64,000 nt of DNA from Elusimicrobia bacterium GWC2_64_44 (GTDB lineage: Bacteria > Elusimicrobiota > Elusimicrobia > Elusimicrobiales > UBA9959): positions 2,075 to 66,074 of the forward strand of contig MGUG01000052.1 of the NCBI GenBank assembly GCA_001799845.1, read 5' to 3'. Shown here one piece after another: positions 45,014 through 54,600 of the stretch. The notes under the pieces were generated by a model. It was not told the origin of the DNA, made no database searches, and saw nothing but the letters and a program-made list of their open reading frames with translations. The position numbers were made by a program, and so were the translations under genes. The stretch's first letter is position 1. Each line of letters begins with the position of its first letter.

Positions 45014-47352
45014 AACGCCACGAAAAAGCCAGGAACTTCAAGCAGGTCAATACTTCCGTCACCAAGATAGACGCCCTCCAGCTCGCCCTCGGCAAGGACT
45101 CCTACGTCGCGGACTTCGTCCCCAACGACGCGCTGATCATCAAGATGCTCTGGAGCCCGCACGCCCACGCCCGCATCAAGAAGCTCGACGTTTCCAAGGC
45201 CGAGAAGATGCCCGGAGTGAAGGCCGTGCTCTGGTACGGCAACGTGCCGCGCATAGCGCACTGCACCGCCGGCCAGGGCTTCCCCGAGCCGTCCCCTTAC
45301 GACACTTTCATGTTCGACAAAAAAGTGCGCTTCGTAGGCGACCGCGTGGCCGCCGTGGCGGCCGAGACCGAGGAGCAGGCCCTGGCCGCCCTCGAGGTTA
45401 TCAAGGTTGAATACGAGCTGCTCAAGCCCGTGTTCACCCTCGACGAGGCCATGGCCCCCGGCGCCCCCGTCATCCACGACGAAGCCGAGGCCCACGTGCC
45501 TATCCCGATCCCCTACGAGCCGAAGAAGAACCTCGTCGCGCACGTGGCCTGCGAGGCCGGCAGCTTCGAGGCGGGCCTGAAGCAGGCCGACTTCAAGTTC
45601 GACCACACTTACGAAACCCCCTACGCCCAGCACTGTCCCATCGAGCCCTACACCTCGCTGGCGCAGATAGCCCCGTCGGGCCGCATCCACATCACCACCT
45701 CCACGCAGGTGCCGTTCCACTGCCGCCGCATCGTCGCCAAGACCCTCGACGTGCCCGTGCAGAAGATCCGCGTGGTGAAGCCCCGCATAGGCGGCGGCTT
45801 CGGCTGCAAGCAGGAGATCCTCCTCGACGACGTCACGGCCATGTTCGCGCTGCGCACCGGCCGCGCCTGCCTGTGGCAGTTCAACCGCGAGGAGACCTTC
45901 CGCACCGGCCGCACGCGCCACCCGTTCCGCATCCGCCTGCAGGCGGGCGTGAAGAAGGACGGCACCATCACCGCCATCAACATGGAGGCCATCAACAACA
46001 CCGGCGCCTACGGCGGCCACGGCCTCACCGTGGTCTCGTGCGCGGGCTCCAAGGTACTGCCGCTCTACCACTGCGAGAATATCAAGTTCGACGGCAAGTC
46101 ATATTACACCAACCTGCCGGTAGCCGGCGCCTACCGCGGCTTCGGCGCCACGCAGGCCTTCTTCGCCATGGAGTCCCTGATGGACCAGATGGCCGAGGCT
46201 ATCGGCATGGACCCCATGAAGTTCCGGCAGATCAACCATATCCGCGAGGGCGAGGGCTCCCCCATCTTCGCCGCGCTGGGCGAGGGCCGCGAAGGCACGC
46301 CGATGACGGTGGGCTCCAACGCGCTGGCCGAGTGCATTGTGCAGGGCGCGGAGGCCATAAAGTGGCAGGACCGCAAGGACTGGAGGGGCAAGACGGGCCG
46401 CTACCGCCGCGGCATGGGCATGGCCTGCCTGATGCAGGGCTCGTCCATCCCGGACATAGACATGGGGGCGGCCTCCATCAAGATCAACGACGACGGCTCC
46501 TTCAACCTGCTCGTCGGCGCCACCGACCTGGGCACAGGCTCGGACACGGTGCTGGCGCAGATAGCGGCCGAGGAACTGGAGACCGCCACCGACAAGATGA
46601 TAGTCTACTCGTCGGACACGGACCTGACGCCGTTCGACGTGGGCGCCTACGCCTCGTCCACCACCTACCTCTCCGGCGAGGCGGTGCGCAAGGCCGCGGC
46701 CGACGCCAAGCGGCAGATCCTTCACACCGGCGCCGAGATGCTGGGCCTCCCCGTCGAGCAGGTGCGCTGCGAGGACTCCGCCGTGATCAGCGCCGACGAC
46801 AAGCACAGGGTGACCTACGGCGACATCGCCAAGTACTCGCTCTACCAGAAGAACCAGTACCAGATCATCGGCACCGCCTCGCACATCACCAAGAAGTCCC
46901 CGCCGCCCTTCGCGGCGCACTTCGCGGAGATCGAGGTGGATACCTGGACCGGCTTCATCAAGGTCCTCAACTACGTCTCCACGATAGACTGCGGCACCGC
47001 AGTGAACCCGCAGCTCGCCGAGGGCCAGACCGAGGGCGGCACCTTGAACGGCATCAGCTACGCGCTGACCGAGGAATACCTGTTCGACCGTGACGGGAAG
47101 ATGCAGAACGCGTCGTTCGCGGACTACCACATCTACTCCATGCGCGACCGGCCGCCGCTCAACATCATCCTGGTGCCTTCCTACGAGGACACCGGGCCCT
47201 TCGGCGCCAAGAGCGTGTCGGAGGTCTCCATCAACGGGGCCGCCCCCGTCTTCGCCAACGCCCTCTACAACGCCACCGGCGCGAGGGTGCGCGAGTTCCC
47301 CCTCACGCCGGAAAGGGTGCTGAAGGCCATCAAGGCCGCAGAGAAGAAGTAA
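45010..47352 (+). CDS. xanthine dehydrogenase family molybdopterin subunit (XdhD-like)
   Basis: SPHAHARI, GGGFGCKQE, YRGFG..Q, DLGTG, YASSTT, GAKSVSE; start 45010. Confidence 0.9.
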   Translation: MKRHEKARNFKQVNTSVTKIDALQLALGKDSYVADFVPNDALIIKMLWSPHAHARIKKLDVSKAEKMPGVKAVLWYGNVPRIAHCTAGQGFPEPSPYDTFMFDKKVRFVGDRVAAVAAETEEQALAALEVIKVEYELLKPVFTLDEAMAPGAPVIHDEAEAHVPIPIPYEPKKNLVAHVACEAGSFEAGLKQADFKFDHTYETPYAQHCPIEPYTSLAQIAPSGRIHITTSTQVPFHCRRIVAKTLDVPVQKIRVVKPRIGGGFGCKQEILLDDVTAMFALRTGRACLWQFNREETFRTGRTRHPFRIRLQAGVKKDGTITAINMEAINNTGAYGGHGLTVVSCAGSKVLPLYHCENIKFDGKSYYTNLPVAGAYRGFGATQAFFAMESLMDQMAEAIGMDPMKFRQINHIREGEGSPIFAALGEGREGTPMTVGSNALAECIVQGAEAIKWQDRKDWRGKTGRYRRGMGMACLMQGSSIPDIDMGAASIKINDDGSFNLLVGATDLGTGSDTVLAQIAAEELETATDKMIVYSSDTDLTPFDVGAYASSTTYLSGEAVRKAAADAKRQILHTGAEMLGLPVEQVRCEDSAVISADDKHRVTYGDIAKYSLYQKNQYQIIGTASHITKKSPPPFAAHFAEIEVDTWTGFIKVLNYVSTIDCGTAVNPQLAEGQTEGGTLNGISYALTEEYLFDRDGKMQNASFADYHIYSMRDRPPLNIILVPSYEDTGPFGAKSVSEVSINGAAPVFANALYNATGARVREFPLTPERVLKAIKAAEKK

Positions 47353-47549
47353 AGCTTACAGCCCCCAAAGACCGGCCGCCGCAGCCCCAGGGTTGCGGCG
47401 GCCGCTCCATTTATCCGCTAAGGCCCGCCGCTGATAAAAGATAAAAGATAGCGCCAACGGGAATATAAACCCGCCCGCTTTAAATGCTAAAACTATTTTA
47501 GCTTCCGGCCTTGAACCGCCGCGGGGCAGGGGATGATAAGGGGGATAAC

Positions 47550-48020
47550 ATGAAAGGCAATGAAAAACTGCTGGGGGTTATGAATTCGCTGCTCGCGGAC
47601 GAACTCACCGCCATCAACCAGTACATGGTGCATTCCGAGATGTGCGCCAACTGGGGCTACGAGAAACTGCACAAACACTTCGAGAAGCGCGCGATCTCGG
47701 AGATGAAGCACGCCGAGAAGCTGATAGGCCGCATCCTCTTCCTGGAGGGCAGGCCGACCGTCAGCGAGCTGCGCAAGATCGTGATCGGGGCGGACGTCGG
47801 CAAGCAGTTGGATAACGACCACGCCTCCGAGGAGACCGCGATCAAGGCCTACAACGACGCGGTCAAACTGGCGGCCGAGGTCGGAGACAACGCCAGCCGC
47901 GACTTCCTGCAGGAGATCCTCAACGACGAGGACGGCCACATCGACGGCATCGAGGAACTGCAGGACCAGATAGCCCAGATGACGCTGCCGGTGTTCCTGA
48001 GCACGCAGGTCAAGGAATAG
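47550..48020 (+). CDS. bfr: bacterioferritin
   Basis: MKG..LL.DELTAINQY..H, EMKHAE (heme Met), EDGHID. Confidence 0.93.
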   Translation: MKGNEKLLGVMNSLLADELTAINQYMVHSEMCANWGYEKLHKHFEKRAISEMKHAEKLIGRILFLEGRPTVSELRKIVIGADVGKQLDNDHASEETAIKAYNDAVKLAAEVGDNASRDFLQEILNDEDGHIDGIEELQDQIAQMTLPVFLSTQVKE

Positions 48021-48032
48021 CCGCCCGTACGC

Positions 48033-48069
48033 CCGGAAAGGCCGCCGGGATTCCCCGGCGGCCTTCCGG
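48033..48069. other. GC-rich hairpin downstream of bfr
   Basis: CCGGAA-A-GGCCGCCGGG...CCCGGCGGCC-TTCCGG; no U-tract. Confidence 0.45.
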
Positions 48070-48185
48070 CCGGACGAGACGCGTGCTCCCTCCGCTCACT
48101 ACAACACATTCGAAAAACGCCTGCCGCGCAGCTTCGCGGCCAAAATCCATAGGCGGAAATAGTATCATTGCGGGAAGGGCGGGCG

Positions 48186-48773
48186 ATGGGTAAACTTATT
48201 ATTTCCGGTATAGCCGGCGCCGTGCTGAGCGGCGGCAAAAACTCGCGCATGGGCGGGCGCTGCAAGGCGCTGCTCTCCTTCCGCGGCCGCCCGCTGATAG
48301 CGCCCGCGCTGGACCTGCTGCGCGGCGTCTTCGGCTCGGCGGTGGTGATCGCCAACGACCCGGCCGGCTACGAAGGCCTCGGAGCCCGGGTGCTCCCCGA
48401 CATCTTAAAGGATAAAGGCCCGCTAGGCGGGATACACGCGGCGCTGGCGGGCTGCGGCGCCAGGCCGGTCTTCGTGGCGGCCTGCGACATGCCTTTCCTC
48501 GACGAGGGCCTGATCCGCGCGCTCGCCGCGGAGTGGCTGCGCGCCGGGCGCGGCGCCGCGGTGCCGCGGGCCGGCGGGCTGCTGGAGCCCCTCTGCGGCG
48601 TGTACGGCCCGGAGCTGGCCGCGCCGCTGGCGGCGTTCCTGCTCGCCGCCAGCGACCTCTCCGTGCGGGCCTTCCTGCGCGGCGTTCCCACCCGGGTGCT
48701 GGAGCTGGGGCCGGACTCGCGCCGCGTCTTCACCAACTTGAATTCCCCAGCGGACCTGGAGGTCGCGCCTTGA
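48186..48773 (+). CDS. mobA: molybdenum cofactor guanylyltransferase
   Basis: LSGG..SRMGG..K, GPLGGI, ACDMP, EPL..Y, F.NLN.P.DL. Confidence 0.9.
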   Translation: MGKLIISGIAGAVLSGGKNSRMGGRCKALLSFRGRPLIAPALDLLRGVFGSAVVIANDPAGYEGLGARVLPDILKDKGPLGGIHAALAGCGARPVFVAACDMPFLDEGLIRALAAEWLRAGRGAAVPRAGGLLEPLCGVYGPELAAPLAAFLLAASDLSVRAFLRGVPTRVLELGPDSRRVFTNLNSPADLEVAP

Positions 48774-49573
48774 CCGAGAACTTCGAGATAGTAAAGTTTT
48801 CCGACGGGGCCCTGACGGCCGCCGCAGACCCGGCGGTGCGGGAGGTCCCGCTCACCATCGTGCTGGACGGCCGGGAACTGGCCACCCTGCTAGCCTCCCC
48901 GCACGACCTGAAGGAGCTGGCCTGCGGCTTTCTCTTCGCCTCAGGCCTCATCAATTCGGCCTCGGACCTTAAGAGCCTGACGGTGGACGAGCGCAAATGG
49001 ACGGCCTTCGCCGACCTGGCCTCCCCCTCCGGCCTGGGGGAGACGGCCCTCAAGCGGCTCTACACGCCGGGTTGCGGCAAGGGCACGCTGTATTACAGCG
49101 TCGCCGCGCTGGCCTGCCGCGCCAAGGCGGTCTCTCGCCTGACTCTGTCGCCCGCCGAAGTAACGGCGCTGGCGGCGGACCTGCACCGGCGGGCGGCCGT
49201 CTACCTGGAGACCGGCGGGACGCACGCCGCGGCGCTGGCGGGCCGGGGCGGCATAGAGCTCTTCAGGGAGGACATAGGCCGGCACAACGCCCTCGACAAG
49301 GTGATCGGGGCGCGGCTGCTGGCCGGCGGTAATTTCAGGGACGCCGTCCTGCTCTCCAGCGGGCGCGTCTCCTCGGACGCGCTGCTGAAGGCGGGGCGCT
49401 GCGGCGCGCCCTTCGTGATCGCGCGCGGCGCGCCCACCTCGCAGGCCGTCAGGCTGGCGCGGGAGGCAGGCATCACGCTGATAGGGTTCGCCAGGGGGCG
49501 CAGGTTCAATATCTACAGCGGGGCGGAGCGCGTCGCCGCAGCAGCGGAAAGACGCGACGGGGAGATGTCATGA
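48770..49573 (+). CDS. fdhD: formate dehydrogenase accessory sulfurtransferase
   Basis: TTG start with GGAGG SD; E.PL, GCG, TGG.HAA, EDIGRHNALDK, SGR.S, PT..A..LA. Confidence 0.9.
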   Translation: MTENFEIVKFSDGALTAAADPAVREVPLTIVLDGRELATLLASPHDLKELACGFLFASGLINSASDLKSLTVDERKWTAFADLASPSGLGETALKRLYTPGCGKGTLYYSVAALACRAKAVSRLTLSPAEVTALAADLHRRAAVYLETGGTHAAALAGRGGIELFREDIGRHNALDKVIGARLLAGGNFRDAVLLSSGRVSSDALLKAGRCGAPFVIARGAPTSQAVRLAREAGITLIGFARGRRFNIYSGAERVAAAAERRDGEMS

Positions 49574-51339
49574 ACGGGAAGAATTCGGCCGTATCGCTGA
49601 GGGCGGCGCTGCCGCCGGAACTAGCGAGGCGGGCGGGCAAGCTGAAGGGCCGCCAGCCGGACGGGGTTTCGCTGGATGAGGTGGATCGGCTCCTGGGCCC
49701 CGCGCCGCGCCGCCGCGACCTGCTGATAGAATACCTGCACCGGCTCAACGACGCTTACGGCGCCCTCCGCTCGCGCCACCTCACGGCTCTGGCCGCAGAA
49801 CTGAACCTGCCGAGGGCCGAGATATACGAAGTGGCCACCTTCTACCATCATTTCGAAGTGACCGATTCCGAGAGCCCGGCGGCACTGACCGTGCGCGTCT
49901 GCGGCGGCCTGCCCTGCCACCTGGCAGGGGCGAAGGAACTTATCGAGCGGCTGCCGGCCATCCTCGGCCGCGAGGTGAGGGTGGAGAAAGTCCCCTGCAT
50001 GGGCAGGTGCGAGCAGGCGCCGGCGGCCGAAGTCGGGCGGCGTCATGTCCCCTTCGCCGACCCCGGAAAGGTCGCCGCGGCCGTCCGCGGCGGAGAGGGC
50101 GTCCACCCGGCCGCCAGGCCCGACGGGGAGTTCGACCCTGCGGCATTCGCCGGGAAGCCCCTCCCGGGGCCGGGCGCGGCCCAGCCCGCTTACGCCGGCT
50201 ACGCCGCCTATCGCGCGGCTGGCGGCTACCGCCTGGCCGCTGAGGTAGTCTCCGGAGAGCGCACGGCGGAAATGGTGATAAAGGCCCTGGAAGACTCCGG
50301 CCTGCGCGGCCTGGGCGGGGCCGGCTTCCCGGCCGGGCGCAAGTGGCGCATAGTCAGGGAGCAGCCCGGGCCGCGGTTCATGGCGGCTAACATCGACGAA
50401 GGCGAGCCGGGGACCTTCAAGGACCGCAGCTACCTGGAGCGGGACCCGCACCGCTTCCTGGAGGGGCTCCTGATAGCCGCCGCGGCCGTCGGCATAGACG
50501 AGTGTTACATTTACCTGCGGGACGAGTATCACGGCTGCCGCGCCATACTGGAGGCGGAGCTGGAAAAACTGAAAGCCGACCCGCCTTTCCCGCTGCCGCG
50601 CCTGGAGCTGCGCCGCGGGGCCGGCGCCTATGTCTGCGGTGAAGAGTCCGCACTGCTGGAGAGCGTAGAGGGCAGGAGGGGCGAGCCCCGCAAGCGCCCC
50701 CCCTTCATCGCCCAGGCCGGCCTGCGAGGCCGCCCTACGCTGGAGCACAATTTCGAAAGCCTTTACTGGGTGCGCGACATCCTGGCGCGCGGGCCGGAGT
50801 GGTTCGCCTCCTTCGGCCGGCGCGGCCGCAAGGGCCTGCGCAGCTTCAGCGTCAGCGGCCGCGTGAAGGACCCCGGCGTGAAACTGGCCCCGGCCGGCAT
50901 CAGCGTCCGCGAACTGATAGGCGAATACTGCGGCGGCATGCAGGACGGCCGGGAGCTTTACGCCTACCTGCCCGGCGGGGCCTCGGGCGGCATCCTGCCC
51001 GCCTCGCTGGGCGACCTGCCCCTGGACTTCGACACGCTGCAGGAACACGGCTGCTTCATCGGCTCGGCGGCGGTAATAGTGCTGGCCGCCGGAGACAGCG
51101 CCCGGGAAGCGGCCCTGAACGCGATGCGCTTCTTCGAGAGCGAGAGCTGCGGCCAGTGCACGCCCTGCCGGGCCGGCACCGCCAAGGCGGCGGCCCTCAT
51201 GCAGGACCGCCGGTGGGACCGGGCCGCGCTCGAGGACCTCTGCGCCGTAATGGCCGACGCCTCCATCTGCGGCCTGGGCCAGGCCGCGCCAAACCCGGTA
51301 CGCTGCGTGATGAAATACTTCCCGCAGGAGGTGGAGTGA
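49570..51339 (+). CDS. NAD-dependent formate dehydrogenase beta subunit (NuoE+NuoF fused diaphorase)
   Basis: ATFY, C....C / C...C [2Fe-2S]; GLGGAGF, DEGEPGTFKDR, GAGAYVCGEES, ESCGQCTPCR..SICGLG. Confidence 0.9.
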   Translation: MNGKNSAVSLRAALPPELARRAGKLKGRQPDGVSLDEVDRLLGPAPRRRDLLIEYLHRLNDAYGALRSRHLTALAAELNLPRAEIYEVATFYHHFEVTDSESPAALTVRVCGGLPCHLAGAKELIERLPAILGREVRVEKVPCMGRCEQAPAAEVGRRHVPFADPGKVAAAVRGGEGVHPAARPDGEFDPAAFAGKPLPGPGAAQPAYAGYAAYRAAGGYRLAAEVVSGERTAEMVIKALEDSGLRGLGGAGFPAGRKWRIVREQPGPRFMAANIDEGEPGTFKDRSYLERDPHRFLEGLLIAAAAVGIDECYIYLRDEYHGCRAILEAELEKLKADPPFPLPRLELRRGAGAYVCGEESALLESVEGRRGEPRKRPPFIAQAGLRGRPTLEHNFESLYWVRDILARGPEWFASFGRRGRKGLRSFSVSGRVKDPGVKLAPAGISVRELIGEYCGGMQDGRELYAYLPGGASGGILPASLGDLPLDFDTLQEHGCFIGSAAVIVLAAGDSAREAALNAMRFFESESCGQCTPCRAGTAKAAALMQDRRWDRAALEDLCAVMADASICGLGQAAPNPVRCVMKYFPQEVE

Positions 51340-54161
51340 TGCCCCCCGGAACAAAAAAGATAGAGTTCACCCTCGACGGCAAGGCGGTCTCGGCCAACGA
51401 GGGCGAGACCATACTCGCCGCGGCGGCGCGCTACGGCGTGGAGATCCCCCGCCTCTGCGACCTCAAGGGCTACCGCCCCGACGGCAACTGCCGGGTCTGC
51501 GTGGTGGAAATCGAGGGCGAGCGGGCGCTGGCGCCCAGCTGCTGCCGCGTCCCCGCGCCCGGCATGAAGGTGCGAACTGACAGCGAGCGCGCGGTGAAGA
51601 GCAGGCGTCTGGTGCTGGAGCTGCTGCTAGCCGACATGCCCGACGAAGGCCTCAAGTGGGTGGACGGCGATCCGGCGCGCGGCCACGGCGAACTCAGCTA
51701 CTGGGCACACAAACTCGGAGTTAAGGCGCGGCCGGAGCTGAAGGCTCTGCGCCGGGCGCGGCCGGCCGCCGACCTCTCCCACCCGGCGATGGCTGTGAAC
51801 CTGGATGCCTGCATTCAGTGCAAGCGCTGCGTGCGCGCCTGCCGCGAAGAGCAGGTCAACGACGTGATCGGCTACGCCGCCCGCGGGGCTCGCAGCGAGA
51901 TAGTTTTCGACCAGCGGGACCCGATGGGGCACAGCACCTGCGTGGGCTGCGGCGAGTGCGTGCAGGCCTGCCCGACGGGCGCCCTGATGCCCAAGGGCCT
52001 GATCGGCTCGCAGGAGGTCGACCGGAAAGTACCTTCCGTCTGTCCCTGGTGCGGAGTTGGCTGCCAGGTCACTTTCAACGTGAAGGACAACAGGATACTC
52101 TCCGTCGACGGCCGCGACGGCCCCGCCAACCGCGGGCGGCTCTGCGTAAAGGGCCGTTTCGGCATGGACTACGTGCAAAGCCCGCAGCGCCTGACCAGGC
52201 CCCTGATCCGCCGGCCCGGCGTCCCGAAAGAGGCGGCCCATGGCAGCGGCCCTGCGGACTGGACGAAGATCTTCCGCGAGGCGGGCTGGGAGGAGGCCCT
52301 GGATTTCGCCGCGTCGGGGCTCAGGCGCCTGCGCGACAAGCACGGCAAGAAGGCACTCGCCGGCTTCGGCTCGGCCAAGGGCAGCAACGAGGAGGCTTAC
52401 CTCTTCCAGAAGCTGGTGCGCACCGGCTTCGGCAGCAATAACGTCGACCACTGCACCCGCCTCTGCCACGCTTCCAGCGTGGCCGGCCTGCTGGAAGGGA
52501 TAGGCTCCGGCGCGGTCAGCAACCAGGTCAACGACGCCGCGAACTCCGACTTCATCGTGGTCATAGGCTCCAACCCGACGGTGAATCACCCGGTGGCCGC
52601 CACCTGGATCAAGAACGCGGCGAAGCGCGGCGCGCGCCTGCTCCTCTGCGAGCCGCGCCGCACGGAGCTGAACCGCTACGCCTGGCGGACGCTGCAGCTC
52701 AGGCCAGACACGGACATAGCCCTGCTCAACGCGATGCTGCACACGGTGATAGAGGAAGGCCTCTACGACCGCAAGTTCGTGGCCGAAAGGGTTAACAACT
52801 TCTCGGCGATAAGGGAGAACGTTAAGGCCTGCAGCCCCGAGGCCATGGCCCCGGTCTGCGGCATTCCCCCCGCGGCCATCCGCGAGGCCGCCCGCGCCTA
52901 CGCCGGGGCCAGGGCCGCCATCATCTTCTGGGGCATGGGCATCAGCCAGCACGTGCACGGCACCGACAATACCCGCTGCCTCATAGCGCTCTGCGCCGTC
53001 TGCGGGCAGATAGGCAAGCCGGGCGCCGGCCTGCACCCGCTGCGCGGCCAGAACAACGTGCAGGGCGCGAGCGACTCCGGCCTGATCCCGATGATGTATC
53101 CCAACTACCGCCGGGTGAACGACCCCGCGGCGCGCAAGTGGTTCGAGGAGTACTGGCGCACGCCGCTCGACGACAAGCCCGGCTACACCGTGGTGGAGGT
53201 CATCGGCAAGATAACCGCGCCGGAAGAAGACCAGCACAAGATACGCGGGATGTACATCATGGGCGAGAACCCGGCCATGAGCGACCCCGACCTGGCGCAC
53301 GCCCGCGCCGCCCTGGCGAAGCTCGGGCACCTGGTGGTGCAGGACATCTTCATGACGGAGACCGCGCAGCTGGCCGACGTGGTGCTCCCGGCGAGCGCGT
53401 GGCCGGAGAAGACCGGCACGGTCAACAACACCGACCGAATGGTGCAGCTCGGCCGCCGGGCGGTGGACCCGCCCGGGGAGGCGCGACAGGACCTGTGGAT
53501 CATACAGGAGCTCGCCCGCCGCCTCGGTCTGGCCTGGGACTACCGGGGGCCGGAGTCCGGCGTGGCGGAGGTCTACGAGGAGCTGCGTCGGGCCATGCCG
53601 ACGGCCATCGGCGGCATCACCTGGGAGCGCCTCGAGCGCGAGGGCTGTGTTACCTACCCCTGCCTCTCGCCTGAGGACCCGGGCAGCCCGACGGTCTTCA
53701 AAGACAGGTTCCCCACGGCCGACGGCCGGGCGAACCTGGTGCCGGCCCGGCTGCCCGCGCACCAGGTCACCGACGGGGAGTATCCCTTCGCGCTGATCAC
53801 CGGGCGGCAGCTGGAGCACTGGCACACCGGCAGCATGACGCGCCGCTCGCCGGTGCTCAACGCGCTGGAGCCGGCGGCCACCGTCACGCTGTGCGGGGAG
53901 GACCTGGAGCGGCTGGGAGTGACACCGGGGGAGACGGTAACGGTGACTTCGCGGCAGGGCAGCGTGGCCCTGCGGGCGCGGCGCGACGACGGCAACGCCC
54001 CGGGCACGGTCTTTATCCCCTTCGCCTACTACGAGGCCGCGGCCAATCTGCTGACGGACCCGGCGCTGGACCCGTTCGGCAAGATCCCGGAGTTCAAGTA
54101 CACCCCGGTGGCGGTAAGGAAGGGCGGCACGGCGGAGCCGGGCGGCTACCTCGGGGAATAA
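51339..54161 (+). CDS. fdhF: formate dehydrogenase alpha subunit (Cys-ligated bis-MGD)
   Basis: ATG 51339; [2Fe-2S] and two [4Fe-4S] motifs, CPWCGVGC, DHCTRLCH, LRGQNNVQG, TGR.LEHWH, KIPEFK. Confidence 0.92.
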   Translation: MPPGTKKIEFTLDGKAVSANEGETILAAAARYGVEIPRLCDLKGYRPDGNCRVCVVEIEGERALAPSCCRVPAPGMKVRTDSERAVKSRRLVLELLLADMPDEGLKWVDGDPARGHGELSYWAHKLGVKARPELKALRRARPAADLSHPAMAVNLDACIQCKRCVRACREEQVNDVIGYAARGARSEIVFDQRDPMGHSTCVGCGECVQACPTGALMPKGLIGSQEVDRKVPSVCPWCGVGCQVTFNVKDNRILSVDGRDGPANRGRLCVKGRFGMDYVQSPQRLTRPLIRRPGVPKEAAHGSGPADWTKIFREAGWEEALDFAASGLRRLRDKHGKKALAGFGSAKGSNEEAYLFQKLVRTGFGSNNVDHCTRLCHASSVAGLLEGIGSGAVSNQVNDAANSDFIVVIGSNPTVNHPVAATWIKNAAKRGARLLLCEPRRTELNRYAWRTLQLRPDTDIALLNAMLHTVIEEGLYDRKFVAERVNNFSAIRENVKACSPEAMAPVCGIPPAAIREAARAYAGARAAIIFWGMGISQHVHGTDNTRCLIALCAVCGQIGKPGAGLHPLRGQNNVQGASDSGLIPMMYPNYRRVNDPAARKWFEEYWRTPLDDKPGYTVVEVIGKITAPEEDQHKIRGMYIMGENPAMSDPDLAHARAALAKLGHLVVQDIFMTETAQLADVVLPASAWPEKTGTVNNTDRMVQLGRRAVDPPGEARQDLWIIQELARRLGLAWDYRGPESGVAEVYEELRRAMPTAIGGITWERLEREGCVTYPCLSPEDPGSPTVFKDRFPTADGRANLVPARLPAHQVTDGEYPFALITGRQLEHWHTGSMTRRSPVLNALEPAATVTLCGEDLERLGVTPGETVTVTSRQGSVALRARRDDGNAPGTVFIPFAYYEAAANLLTDPALDPFGKIPEFKYTPVAVRKGGTAEPGGYLGE

Positions 54162-54173
54162 GCCGGCCGGCGG

Positions 54174-54545
54174 CTACTCCCAGTCTATTTCGAAGAGGTT
54201 GACGCCGCCGCGGGCGTATTCCCGCAGGAACCTGCGGGCGAGCCCGTCCCAGAACGCGCGGCCGGAGGCGCCGCAGCGCGGGAGGCAGCGGGCGCGCAGG
54301 ATGGCCAGGGAGGCCTTAACTATGCGGGTCTCGTCGTAGCGCAGCAGGGCGGGCCTGTGCAGGCGGTGCAGTTCGTCGAGCAGGAAGCGGTCCTGCCCCT
54401 CGGAGAAGAATTTCAGCGCGCAGGTCTCCTTAAGGAGCCGCGCGCGCTTCTTGGCGAAATCGGCCAGCGCGCAGGCCAGCAGGCAGGAGCAGGCCACTCG
54501 GTCGAGCTGCCTGTCGGTGAGCCGCCGCGGACGCCGTGTTCTCAT
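54174..54545 (-). CDS. hypothetical basic, Cys-rich protein (123 aa)
   Basis: Fills the intergenic gap; ATG 54545 preceded 7 nt upstream by TG-C-TAAAAT. Confidence 0.55.
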   Translation of the reverse strand: MRTRRPRRLTDRQLDRVACSCLLACALADFAKKRARLLKETCALKFFSEGQDRFLLDELHRLHRPALLRYDETRIVKASLAILRARCLPRCGASGRAFWDGLARRFLREYARGGVNLFEIDWE

Positions 54546-54600
54546 ACCGGGTATTTTAGCACACAAAGCCGCGGGCCCGGACCCGGCGGAGGGAGGGCTC

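Noticed and set aside
48021-48185. Moco/Wco riboswitch upstream of mobA
   Set aside because: Only a simple GC hairpin is present; no recognisable multi-stem Moco motif
52445-52475. Selenocysteine in the FDH alpha subunit
   Set aside because: The active-site codon is TGC (RLCH) and there is no in-frame TGA
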